Assembly: GCA_001642005.1 (NCBI GenBank)
Contig: LWCA01000095.1
Coordinates: forward strand, 1 to 55,324
Length of the DNA: 55,324 nucleotides
DNA from: Intoshia linei
Lineage: Eukaryota > Animalia > Orthonectida
Direction: 5' to 3'
Position numbers and translations under genes: made by a program. The notes under the pieces are model-generated. The model saw nothing but the letters and a program-made list of their open reading frames with translations. It was not told the DNA's origin and did not search any database. Position 1 is the stretch's first letter, and every line of letters begins with the position of its first letter. Positions 1 through 14,100 of the stretch are shown piece after piece.

Positions 1-1997
1 TTTAAATTCTAAAATTATACTTAACTTAAGGTGTCTTGAAAATTTAGCGAACACGATTTCATAGTATCTAATGATACATCTTTTGCTAACTTTTATAATT
101 ATGGAAATATTTTATATAGAGATTTACATTGTCAAATTTTACTCAAGGTGTGTTGAAAATAAAATGAACAACTTACACTTAAATATAGATTTAGACTTTA
201 ATTTAAATACAGTATTCTATTTCTAATAATTAGATTTAATTAAATTTTATTAATAAGAATGAAACAAATTAAATTCATATCAAATTCAAGTTATCTTTCA
301 AGCATACTTTATAAAAGTGGTTTTCAAATTTTCTGTATTAGCGACCCCTAATGAACATTTCTTTATATTTCGGTATTTATTTTAACTTTATTTTAAAATG
401 TTATGTTACCAAGGAACCATTACAGAACACTTTGTTAGAAAAGTCACGTTACGCCACTGATATTTACATGCTATTAGTATATTCATAACATTTTAACAAA
501 AACTTAGCTAGTAAACTTAAAATATTTTAATAAAATTTTAACGAAAATTTCAGTCAAAACTGTAATGGCATGGATAAATTGAAATTAATAGAGGGTAATA
601 TTTTTTCCAATAAAAATTTTATTTACTATATTACTTCAATTTAACTAAAGATGGTATGTTACAAAAAAGTACTATCTGTTATTTTATACTGATTACTATA
701 GCAAGTAAATTATATTGTTATTTATAATTATTATTTTACTGTGTTTTAGTGGGTACCTAGATTAAATATTAATAAATTGATTATGCAATTGTTTAACAAA
801 GTATGCATAATTAGTATTATGTAATATAATATGTATTAAATATTTTTAGATATGTATAAAAGTAATTAAATACACCGTATATAATTTATTTAATAATAAA
901 TAACAGTGGTTCACAAATCATGCAATAGGATGGGTTCTTTGTAAATTGACAATTTCATGAAAAATGTTTAATTAACAACTTAATTTGTAAATAAATAAAC
1001 ATTTTTGGTATTGCTATTTTTGTATTTGAGAACCATTATTTATAATGTACCTTATAAATGTATTATGTTTATGTTTTTAAGTAAATCAATATTCTATGTA
1101 CAGTTTTGTGTAATTTATATATTGATTGTTTAATTAATTTATTTTTTCTATATATTTATACTTTTCAATACAGTAAAGGAAGATGATGGTATTTTATCAT
1201 TTGATCAATATAACATGTTAAACCACTACTTAATGCATTAATAATATAACTAAAGCATGTTTACATTATTAAATGTTTAAATTATGTTAATAAACATATA
1301 CATTTAATCCTTGGAATAATTTTTTTTAAAACGTGAGTTATAGACAGTAAAATTATTGTTTATAGAATACTAAGACTAGGTTTATATGATAATTTATAAT
1401 ATAAAAATATTAGGAAGTAAATTTCATCAATTANTAATTAATATATTAGTATATAATATATAATAATATATATACGATATAGAGTCGAAACTCTTAAAAA
1501 TTACAACTATTAACAAAAATTTAATTGTTGAAAGGATTTAAATATATATACAGGTGTATGTATTATATTAGATGTATGTATTATTAAATTAACAAATAAT
1601 AATAATTTCAAAACAATTCTACGATATCCGATTAAAAATGGCAATTCATTGTATCAGTTGATCAAATATTTATTAGAAAAATCTAAAAAATAATAAAAAA
1701 CTGACTTGTCCCACTACTATCAAAAACATTGAACAGTTGTGCAATAAATCTTTCCAAATATGGGCAGATCACACAATATTTAGACGAACTACGTGTTTCC
1801 CTGTTGGTTCGTATTTTAATATAATTATTATAATATTTCTCAATTATCTAATATCTTATCTGATATAATATTAAGGTTGTAAATTATTCGTATTTACTCA
1901 GGCCATAGTTCATATTTTATAAAATAATAATGTTATATGTTAATTTTAATCAATTTTAGTTGGTAATAATTATATTGTCAATATTATTAATGGCGAG

Positions 1998-2812
1998 AAT
2001 TCAATATATATGTTACCGTCCGTTTGGAGTTTCAGTCATTATAAAGAATTTTCTTTAATTTTAAATTTTTTCCATATCCATCATTCAAAAATGCACTTTT
2101 ACCAATCCTTAAGGAAAAAATCCACTTTTACTAACCCTTATGGGAAATAATAATTTCTGAAATACAATCCTAATTATGGGTAATTATGTTTATTAAAATG
2201 AAATATAATGTCCAATATTAACGTTTCCACTTCTCTAGATATCTGGAGATTATAGAAACATAATGTTTATTCATGATTTTTTGTTAAAAATATTTTATTG
2301 CATTATGCTACTAACTTAGCTAACTAACTTACTATTGCATTAAAAAAACTACGCACCTACAAAAAAAACACAATATAATTAACACCCTAATGTACTTAGC
2401 TATATTAATGCTTTGTAAAAAATAAATAATCTTAGTGCAGAATCTGCACTGAAAAAATGACGTGTTGTCAATAGATAATTAAAATTTTTTTTAATTCAAA
2501 CTGCTTTATTTAGTTTTTTTAAGGTCATGAGTATTTTTTATTAAAGGTTGATGAAAGTATGTTTTTTCCTTAAGGGTTGGTAAAGTGGATTTTTCACATA
2601 AGGGGTTAATAAAATTGCGTTTTTCTCATACGGGTTGGTAAAATTGCATTTTTCCCATAATGGTTGGTAAAAGTGGATTTTTAAATAATGGATATTGAAA
2701 AAATTCCAAATTAAAGAAAAGTCTTCATAATGACTGAAATGGCAAAATGACTGTTTCATTCATTTTTCAGAATGACTGAAACTTTAAACGTACGGTAACA
2801 TATAAATGAATT
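1998..2812. mobile_element. Foldback-like element with long inverted arms containing 29-30 bp repeats
   Basis: ATATGTTACCGTCCGTTTGGAGTTTCAGTCATT is mirrored by AATGACTGAAACTTTAAACGTACGGTAACATAT. Inner units CACTTTTACCAACCCTTAAGGAAAAA face each other (2091-2146 forward, 2541-2680 reverse). Confidence 0.8.
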
Positions 2813-3671
2813 ACAGCATAATTATTATAATATAAGAAATTACACTTAGCAAGTAAAATATAATTTAAACAGAAAGGTTAAATATTAAATAAATTTTTGA
2901 ATTTAGACAGTAACATGTTAAAACTAATTATTGTGATTATTTTCATTTATTAATGTAATTCGATCATTTCCATTAATGTTATCTTAAATAGAATGTAAAA
3001 TAATAATTTATAAATATTTATTAATATTTCATAATAACAATAGTAATCAGATTTATTATTATAAAATGATTAGTCGGTAACATAATTATAATTATGTAAA
3101 ATCGCAAAAAATTTAAAATGAATCAATTTAATTTTCTGCTAACAATTAGTGGGTATATAAATTATTTTTCATTTTTTTATATCCAACTTTTTAATTATTT
3201 TTTTTTAGAATGTATTTTATCATTAAATATTTATAATATGATTACAGGGTGGCTATTTTCAACATGTCTATAGACAAAAACCATTAAGCAGAGATTTTGT
3301 TAAATCTTTCAGAATCATCTTAAAATTACCAATAAAAGTGACATTTTGCATTAATTTTATTTGAAATATAAACTAAAATATAGGTATCAGTCAATAATGA
3401 CTTATACAGACCACTTTGTCGTTTTCTTTAAACGTCCCACCATTATTTTAAAATTATATTTTATATTAGATGGTTAATATTACATTTTAAAGTTTCTAGG
3501 ATATTGTTATAAATACATATATTGCCGTATATAGTTTGTAAAATTCATTTAATTATTCATTATTAGATTTTTAATTTGTTAATAAAAGACTATTGATGTA
3601 TACTTTAGTGGGTAATACTGTTTATTCTGATCTATGACGCAAAAAAAGCTAATAAAATCATGTGTATAATA

Positions 3672-3960
3672 ACAGGTGTTCCGCGGACCAACAGTGACTT
3701 ACAGAATAATTTTCTGGCCATTTGAGTAAATATGTAAATTATTTATTTTTCGAGTTTTAAACACCGTTTTTCGCATTTTCCACTATAATTGACTCATTAT
3801 AATTATTTTAATGCTAAATTTTCAGATCGTTCCGGATTTTAATTTATTGAATATACTAGAACCGTTCCTTTTTAGTTAAAATAGAAATGTATCATCTATA
3901 AATTTTGAAAAACGGGCCAGTATAATTTTTTGATATAAAAAAAAAGGTTGCCGACCCCTC
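3672..3960. mobile_element. Degenerate hAT-like MITE
   Basis: Left CAGGTGTTCCGCGGACC and right AAGGTTGCCGACCCCTC resemble hAT termini; no clear TSD. Confidence 0.45.
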
Positions 3961-5397
3961 AAGTAGATTATTAAGATGTTAATTTTAAAAATTTTACATA
4001 ATTATAATAAAAAAAATAAATGATTATATTTCAGCAAGTAAATAATATTACATACTATTGTAAATGAAAATATATTTATAATATTTATTTAGTTGGATGT
4101 AATGATATAAAATTAATTTAATTTAGTTTACTTACATTATAAATATTTTAAATTATATCTTCTCATTTATTTCAATTAATTTCAATTTATTTTAATTCTA
4201 GTCTGTAATTTTCCATTATTAATACATTTAATCATATTAATACTATTGCTAGTTGGTATATACTTTTTATACTTTTTGAATAACACAATTATCATAACTA
4301 TAAAATTAATATTTAATACATGTATGATAACTTAATAATATTCAGTCGGTAACATTTACTTGTAGCATTAATTCAAAATCATCAACTAAATTTTAAATTT
4401 ATTTTTTCATCTTTATTAATTCTATATCTTTAGGGCGTATATTTAAATATTAATAATAATTTTTTATCATAATGTAATGATCGTGTAGTCACTAAATTGT
4501 AGTGCAATGTATTGAATTTCATTGATGTATTTTATCAAGTAATTTATTAATCAACATAGAAAGTAATTTTTTACCTCTTTCTATTTTTAAATACAATATA
4601 TAATCATATTATAATTCAGTGAGTAATACATTTTATAAAATGTTATGCATTTATTGATAGAACCATATTTGATATATCAAAATTATAATTTATTGAAAAC
4701 GTTAAAATTAAAAATTAACTCGTATACAATATGTAATATGTATCTAATTTTGTATATATATAAGTATATACATATATATTAATAAAACTATTTATAATAA
4801 TCTACATTTTCAAGTATGTATTTTTAAAAATTTTTATAATAATAATTTAAATTCAAATTTCTAATACTTTTATTAATAAAAAACAGATGGTAATTTAAAT
4901 AAATAAATATTCATGTCGTTCTAAGCCGCCAAGTCCATCTAATTAACTTAAGCGAATTAAGTATATATAATAGGGTATTATCCTAGTTAACGAGAATAAA
5001 AGTATTTTTGCCATATGAGTTCATTTTGTATTCTTTACAAATATGTAAATTCTCAGACTTCAATTGTTAACGTAACCCGCGCAAAACCATAACAACTTAG
5101 GAAATATATGAAAAATAGTTACAAAAAGTAAAGTTCCAATTTGAGTCAAATTTCTAGTATTATATCACAGATATTAGTGTTATACAAAGTGGCATAGCTA
5201 AGTCTGAACATGATTGATGAAAATATACAAAAATTTTTAATTTTTCTTATTCAGCTTTTAACATTCAGTTTTGTTATTTTAGTGATTTATTATTAATTAT
5301 AATTATATATTGTACATTATTATGTCATATTATAATTAAATTTAATCAATTTTAATATCTTTAGTCAGTAATAATTAAAATCACTTAATCCTTACTT

Positions 5398-6300
5398 ATA
5401 TAATATGCTACACAATTTTTGATTGTGTGTGTGTTCCACTTTATTTAAATAACTACCCGTCTTAGAATTTTATAAACTCCACATTTCAATTACAGTTTTT
5501 TCCGGGATGTTCGCAAATTAAATTTCAACCTCCCAAACTCACATCTTAAGAATCACAGGGTTCTTTTTTTAATGAAAACAGCCATAGAATTTAAAAAAAA
5601 TTACAGGGGTACAGTTGTATCCTGTTAACACACACAAAAAATTTCAATCCGAATAAGTGACAGTACAGTTGTATCCTGTTAACACACATAAAAAATTTCA
5701 ATCCGAATAAGTGACGACCTTGACGGTCAAACAAGCATTTTAGTATTCATATATTTTTTTCCGACATATTTTATTAAAACAAAAAATGTGAAATAATTAA
5801 CGGTCCGAAAAATAAAAAAAAAATTATTCTGATAGAGCTTATTCCAGTTGATATAAATACAAAAGATCAACCCGAGAAATCTACGCATTTCCGATGAAAA
5901 ATAATTTTTAATATATTATCAACCAATATTTTTTAAATATTTCGATTAAAATAAAAATTGAAAATGTAAATTTGATCCTACAATTTTAAAAATAAAGTAC
6001 AGTGAACGTCTACACATTTTCAATAAAGAAATATGGGTGAAAATCTATATAATTCATTTCTTCGGAATTTTTTTCATTGCTACAAAATTTTTTAATTTCA
6101 AATTCTCATTTTCAAAAAATTTTGAATAAAATTTAAATAGAAACTAAACAACAAAACTAAAAGTAATACAGTTATTTTTCACCAAGAATCGTAGATTTCT
6201 CGGGTTGAACTTTTGTATTTATATCAACTGGAATAAGCTCTATCAGAATAATTTTTTTTATATTTTTCGGACTATTAATTATATCAAATTTTTTGTTTTA
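5398..6300. repeat. Dispersed modular repeat family A, with an internal 54-bp tandem duplication and an inverted partial copy
   Basis: 5398-5990 is shared with 52507-53001 and 24250-24700 (TACAGTTGTATCCTGTTAACACACACAAAAAATTTCAATCCGAATAAGTGACGAC; CCCGAGAAATCTACG). 5609-5662 is duplicated at 5663-5716. 6180-6300 is the reverse complement of about 5775-5900. Confidence 0.9.
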
Positions 6301-8135
6301 CAAATTTTGTTAATATAATATTCATTATTTTTACTGCATTAAAATACAAATTTAACCATATGTAAAATCATTATTTTAGAGCGTAATATTATATGTACAA
6401 TACAAAATACAATTGTAAATTTAACATAAAATTTAATTCCATCTTCGCGGAACGTTTTTTAATGTACTTCTGTACTATGCTAAAAATCCTTTGAAACAAA
6501 ATAAATTTTTTTGTTAAGTTTATTGAATAAATCATAAATTTAGGATTCCATTCATTTAAACTTTCCGCCTTAATTCTGATACAATTTCAATATTTATTAT
6601 AATTAATGTTCAAAAGTGCACTAACAAAAATATTTTAATATTACATCAGTCACATTAGGAATGATGCTCTTTATATACAACGACATTTGAGATATACATG
6701 TAGTGCATCATTATTTTTTCATTGTACTTTTTTATCTGTACGATTGAGGTTTACGATAATTAATTAATCGATTAAGATTTCGAATACTACAAAAAACAAA
6801 AAATGTTATTAAACCGTGTTATACAGGCCCAGTAGTGCCGTATATATGGTCATAATGTTAATTTATTATAATTATAATATCCTATGCTGTACCGTTCATG
6901 TAGAATTAAAAAATTTATTACAGCAAGTAAATAACTCTTATTTACAATATATACAATTTAACTTGTAAAATAAATATTATAACAAATTTTTTGAATACGT
7001 AACAATCTTTTTATTTGATATTAATTAAAAAAATTGTCATTACTTGGAAAAATATATAATTTTAATTATGAAAAATGATTCATTAATAAAATTAAAAAAA
7101 CTAATAAACTTTTAATGAGTTACTAATTAAGTACAAATGAAAAATTTTACGAAAGTAAACAATTCTATTGTACAAGATATTTACAATAATTTATTAAGAT
7201 ATACAATGTACATTATATTATCGTATGTTAATAATTTAATTTAATTGTTTTCAGAGAGTAATAAAACTTTAATATTTTATATGCATTTTTATTATTGAAA
7301 AAAAGACATATTTTATTTATAATAAAAATTTAAATATTAATTTTTTAATCAATTTCAGTTGGTAAATTAATTAATATAAATAAATGAATTCTGATTATCA
7401 AATCAGAAAATATCCCAAAATCATAAATTTAAAATTTTTAAGTATAAAAATGGTAGCATAAATATAAATACAATTCATAATGCGATAAATTTAAGATTGT
7501 AAATTATTATTTATAAGTATCTTAAACTGAATAAAATTTTTCAGTTTTAAATTGGACCTTCCAATATACGAAATAATGTATTAAAAATGAAAAAAAATGA
7601 TAATTATAATTTATAAATTAAATAGATAGTAATATTATTATTATACTCATGTTTAATTGATATTATCACACACTAAATAAAATGTATTTAATATAGTATG
7701 ATTTAATAATTTGAAAACGTAAAGCTGGTAAATCATAAGACTAAAATTATAATTTTACAATACATATATTGTACTATACAGATGTATAATTAAATTTAAC
7801 ATTACAGACAGTAAACGAATATATTAGATCGATTAAATAGAATTATATAATTATTCCTTTTAATTTTATATTATTAATGATAGAAGGTATTAGAAAAATT
7901 ATTATGCTTATAAATATACATTATAAACTAAATCTATCAATATAGGATTCTGTAATTATTTACAATAAAACTATAAATATATAACTTAATGTACCTTATA
8001 CATCTTAGATAAATATGGAAGAATCAATGATGACGATTTATAAGGAAGTATCGAATAATAGTTTTAAAAAAATTAAAATAAATTTAAAAAAATCAGTTGT
8101 TTGAATTTTATTTACAAATATAGATATTTAGATAA

Positions 8136-11100
8136 TTAGACATTTTTCGCAAACAAAACGTCCCTTTTAATAGCATTTTTAATACCTATGGCTATCATAT
8201 CTTCGGCTTGTTTAATTTGTTGAATCCAAGGTTTTTCTTTGAATTTGTTTGTGACATTGACACATTTTTGTGCAAAATCGTAACAATCCATTGATGTATG
8301 CTTTTGGAACTTTTTGACTTCAAGTCTTACACTTTTTTTAAGACTTGGAAATCTTTTTAAAGATTTGGTAGATTTAAAATTAAGTTTAGGTAAAACAGTA
8401 TTACCAAATTTGCTTGAAAAACTTGGTCGAATACTTTCTTTATCAATATTTTCTTCCTTAATTTCTGTCAACTTTTTGTCTGAATTAGATTTTATAGTAT
8501 TTTTTTCAGTTTTATTTTGACTTTCAGTTTTATCTTCTCTGCTTTTTAGTTTACTCCTAATGTGTGAATGAGTTTGAAATGAATTAAAAGAGTCGTTGTT
8601 GGATAATTCTTCAGTTTTTTTTTGATTATTTTGTCTAAAATAGTTTTTTACTTCTATATTCTGATGTGTTATTTGGTGTTTTAGTTTTTCTTTTTCTACA
8701 TAATTTAATGACCTCATGGATGATTCTCCGTATCCATCAATCTAAATAAATATATTCGAATATTTGAATATTTGAAAAATTTTTTCATTAATTGTATTTT
8801 AACTATAGTATTTTCTCTAAAATTCGCCAACTCTCCTTCAAAATATTTATTGAAAAATAAATTTTTTAGTCTAAAGCAGTGCTTCCCAATCGTGGGTCAG
8901 GCCCACTGATGGGACATGAGGACATTTTTTGTGTGATCTTAAAAATATTACGAATTTATAGGATTATGAAAACTTTAGATTAATTTATTATTAGATGTTT
9001 ATATAGAAAATATTTTATCCAATAATCAGTCATTTCATTTAGTTAAATAAATCCAGTTACAGAATTAGCAAAAAACAATATTAACATTATAAAAAAACAA
9101 TATAAATCATTTTATAAGAGATATTCTTAACCCCAACCATTTTTACTAAAAATCAAAATTTACCAACCTTTAAGGGAAAAATTCAAATTTTACCAACCTT
9201 TAATGGAAAAATTTAATTTTAAAAGCTCTTTAGGGAAAATCCCAACTTTACCAGCCTTTAAGGGAAAAATTCAGTTTTAACAACTCTAAAAGGAAAAATT
9301 CCACTTTTACCAACCTTTAAGGGAAAAATCCCAATTTTACCCACCCTTATGGGAAAACCCACTTTTACAATGGAAAAATCGAGTTTTTGTTTTTGAGTTA
9401 TATCATCCACTACTGACCCAAGTTAAAATTGAAATATTAAGATACCATATTATACCTACAAACCATATTACAAAAAAATTATAAATAGTCTATGGTGTTC
9501 ACACCAGAGAATATGTTTTTATGATAACAGAGTATGATATGATATGATAATAGAATGTAATTATGGCAATAGTATAGTATTGTAAAATATTTTACAAAAG
9601 CATTTTTTGTCAGTTTCAATATATACAAAACATTCAATTTAAATACTGACAGTATATTTTAAGTACTGACAAAATATTTTTTTTTACTGTCCTTTCAATT
9701 TAAATACTGACAATCCATTATATTAACTGAGATACTCCGCAATTCTGTAAAATTGAATTTTTCCCTTAAAGGTTGGTAAAACTAGAATTTTCCTTTTAGG
9801 CTTGGTAAAACGGGAATTTTTTGTTTTAGGGTTGGTAAAACTAGATTTTTCCCTTAAAAGTTGAAAAAACTAGAATTTTAGTTTTATTCCATTGCCATTT
9901 CTATTTCCATTTTCTTATTTAGCAGAATGCGGTTTAGTGCTGCTTTAGACTTACAAAACTGTTTGTAATAACAAAATAGATAAATAGACTCCAAATTTCA
10001 AAACGAGGAGATCTACGTTTACAGCTTACAACATTAGTGCATTATATTAAGATAATCTGTAAAAATCTTCAGGTTAATCATCTCATAAATTCTAAAAAAT
10101 AAATATATACATTATTATTGTTTTTATAATTATTTTATAATAATTTGCTCAAAATTCCACAATAATAGCTTTCCATTTCTAATTTATTAGAAAATTATAG
10201 TTTTTAATAAAAAGTAATAATTTAATTAAAATACTTTTTTGTGAGTGAACTGTTGTATCATCCCCAAAAAATTTAGCGGTTAGGTCAAATATTTGTTCAG
10301 TGGGGCCTGGGATTTTTTAAGAGTGAAAGTGGGACCTGGCATAAAAAAAGTTGGGAAACACTGGTCTAAAGTATTTACTACTACAGATATATTCTGTATA
10401 ATTACAGATAATACTTTATTATTTACTATTTTACTTTATATAAGTATAAATTCATGATCATTACCAGTACGTTTAAACCTACAATAGAACTGATGTTGAG
10501 ATTTCGTTTGTTCATTTTTAATGATGATTTCCAATGGCCATAAACTGTCAAAACCTTTTCACGTGCTTCTTCACACCACCGTTTCATTTTTGTAAATATA
10601 GATAAAGGAATAACTGTATTTTTGGTATAATTTATTTTACTCCATTGCTTGGTTAGTAGAAATGACGCCGTGTTACGTTGTTGGCTTCTTAAAGCTATAT
10701 TTAATGGAGTGAGATTATTCCCATCTCGAGCAAAAACGAATATAACATTGTGGTTTACAAAACAGCGCAAAACACCCAATTGACCTTGTTCAGCTGCAAC
10801 ATGCATTGGTGTTCGGTAATAATCAATATGGTGTTGTGTTTCGAAAGGTTTACTCCACAGTTTTAATGGATGATATCCGGACTATTTTAACATTTTATTT
10901 AATATTAAACTGATAATGTTGATAAATGAAATTTTTAAAATATAAACTAATAATAAAAAAACCATTTCGTCCGGTCTAACCACTTGTTTTAGTAAAGTTA
11001 ATGCCAAATCCACTAGATTTATGATTATTAATATAATATAAAATATAAATTTTATAAAAGGATCTTTACATACAATTTATGCTACACACTATACCAATTT

Positions 11101-14100
11101 GTTATGCAAATCATGAAAAGTTGTGTATTAGACTTTGAAAATGTTTAAAACTTATATTTTTGTTTGTGACGAAGTGACTTTTAATTGATGCAATTTATAA
11201 TTAAAATTATATATTGTATTTAAGTTACCAAAAAACTTTATATTTACATATTGCGTTTTTTTTAAATTTAAAGTGTACCAGTTTATTAAGCAAATCGTAA
11301 ATGGGATTAAAAAGTGACCTAAGCGTGAACCAAAAAAATGAAATTGCCGGTTTACTAGCTAAAGGAAATAGTACTTTTCAAATTTCTTAATGTCTAGACC
11401 GGGATCACCGGACTATTAAAAAATGACTGGAAATCAAAGCAAAACGAAAGATCCAAATGCGGTCGAAAAAAGGTAGTGTTACCGAGAGAATTATCTCGAA
11501 TTAAAAGGATCGTGCCAATAACACCCATTTCCACGAATTTCAGCATATTTTCGTCTTGTAATGTAATGAATAAGCAACATTAGATAGTCCTGATAAATTG
11601 GACAAAAGGTTGGGTGTTGAATGACGTCAAAGTGCCATCAATAATACGTCGCCAACGAGGTGGTGGTGGCGTTATGTTTTTGGAAGGTATAATACATCCT
11701 CAACTTATATGAAATTAAATGTCTGCGTGTATCTTACCGTTTATTTAAAAAACTAAACACCGTAGAACTTAAAAAACTCCGTTTCTAATACAGTTTTGCG
11801 CGGGTGATGTCTATACCTAAGTTTCTTTTCCAAAACGTAAAATTTTGACTAATTTCCTTCAGTGTAAAAAACCAAATTTTCCCTTTTTTTTAAAAATAAA
11901 AAATATAAAGTCTAAGACGCATTTTAATATCAATAACATTGTCGTAAATCTTAGCCTCAAAATCGCACAGCTTCATAGTCAAAACCACAAATTTCATTTT
12001 ATATTTAAAAATAAAAAACGACTAAAAATTTTATAAAATATAAATTCTGGGATACTTTTTAAAACCATGACCAATAATAAAATAGTTTTGAAATAAAAAT
12101 ATGAATAGTAAAGTGTTTTTTTTACCGTGAAGGTGTCAGTTATTCAGATTGATATTTTTTTGTGTGTGTTAACAGGATACAACTGTACCACCTGAAAGTT
12201 TTTTAAATTCTAGGGCTGTTTTCATTAAAAAAAAGTGTAATTTGGGGTTTTGGCCCTGAAGATATATTTTTTTTAAATTTAAATTTATGATAATATTTAT
12301 GATTTTAATATTCGTATCAGAGTATATATTTTTTTAAATTCTCGAACTCGTTTGATTTTCAAAAAAAAGACAATTGGGCTTTTTGACCCGTAAGATAGGA
12401 GTTTGGGAGGTTTAAATTTATTTTACTAACACCTAACACCTAGTAATTTGTGGTTTTGATCGTGAAATCATTTTTTTGAGGTTCCGATATATGATAATAT
12501 TTATGATTTTTAAACCTATCCCATAATTTATGTTGTATACAAATCAAGGACTTTTTTTATTTTTACAAAAATGGGTAATTACTAGTTTTAGCCGTGAGAA
12601 TTAAAGATTTTAAAATTAATATTTATCATAATGTTGATGATTTTAAAATTGTTATCAGATTAGTACTTTTTCATAACTTTAAAAAAATGACAATGGGGTT
12701 TTTGACCTTGAATGACTCAATTTCTAAAATTAAAATTTTCGATAAATTTTATTATAAAACATGAACCTTTTAAAACTGAAATAGATAATGATATAGATAT
12801 GAATTTTTTAAAACTCGACTCCTCTTACTTTCTTAAATAAACTGGAACAAGAAAATAAATTAATAAACAGATATACATTTTTAACTAAATTCTGTTGATT
12901 AAATGTAAGATTTTAATCATACGTTCAAGATTTGCAAAACACTCTAATTTTTTGATAATTATTATAAAATTCGTACCGTGACCATAATGAGCAGCCATGT
13001 ACAAAGCTACACGCATTTGATACCTTGCAACATGTTCATCATGAGATACATTTGCCAGAACGATTGATGTGATTCCCGTGACACATGCATTTAAAAATTC
13101 ATTCCATCCATTCCACGTATGTAGAACAATTGTCTCTCCAATTTTTATCTAAATTTTAAAATTTAAATAATGTATATATTTTTAAATGACATTGTCACTT
13201 TTTAAAGTCATTTTTAGTGGTTCAGGGTTAATTTTAAACTTTTAACATATTTTTGAATAAATTTTTTATTTTATGATTGTTTGTTATTTCATGTATTTAT
13301 GAGACATTCAATTAAACTACATATTATATGTAAGTGAAAATATTTATAAAAAAATATAATATAAATGAATTAATAATTCAATAAATAACACGTTTTATAA
13401 TCAAAACAGAATGTTTATTGAAATTTTAGGACACAACTAACATAAATAAATAATTAATATTCTAGGTTGATGAAGATAATGTCAACTATGTAAAATACTA
13501 ATTGTGGAATTTAGGTGATAATTTTTTTTCTTGTTAACATTTTAAATTAAGGTTGTAAAATAGTACATTATGTCTTATAGTTCAAATAGAAAATGTCATA
13601 TTTTTAATATAATGAACTACATTAATAGGAATCATACAATTAAAGTATAATCAATAAAATGGAACAATTATATGGTTAATTTTACCAATATATAAAATAA
13701 CCTACAAATTAATATACAACTGTATCAATTTTGTGAATAGTTTTGAAAATAATAATAATATATTTACATCGTATTTGTCACATGTGTGAGTATCAAAAAT
13801 TTCCATCCCTTTATTATTGCATATTCTAAATGCTCCAATCTATATAATAAATGGTAAAATAAAAAGAGACATTACTGGTAAGCCCACTTTTCTTATAATA
13901 ATACTTTTAAGTTTTGATATTGGAATATCATTAATGTTGCCTTGTTCGTGTAATATTACTGTCGAATCGTTAAAAACGCAATGAACATATAATAAATTTT
14001 TGGTTTCTTTTTTCAAAACAGTTCTGAGGGTAGTTCCAGATTTCATGGTCAAATCTGGGATAATCCAATCATCTTCCAGTGTTGCTCCCATATATTTTAA

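Noticed and set aside
1434-1434. Single N base
   Set aside because: Assembly ambiguity or gap marker, not biology; adjacency across it may be uncertain.
2541-2759. 72-aa ORF with repeated peptides (also 53159-53356)
   Set aside because: Translation of the 29-30 bp repeat arms, not a protein.
8136-8717. 193-aa ORF as a standalone gene
   Set aside because: An acceptor at 8742 puts it in frame as the last ANKUB1 exon (IDGYGESS-MRSL).
9151-9358. CRISPR-like array of about 30-bp repeats
   Set aside because: Units are directly adjacent with no unique spacers, occur as inverted arrays at several loci, and there are no cas genes; the context is eukaryotic.
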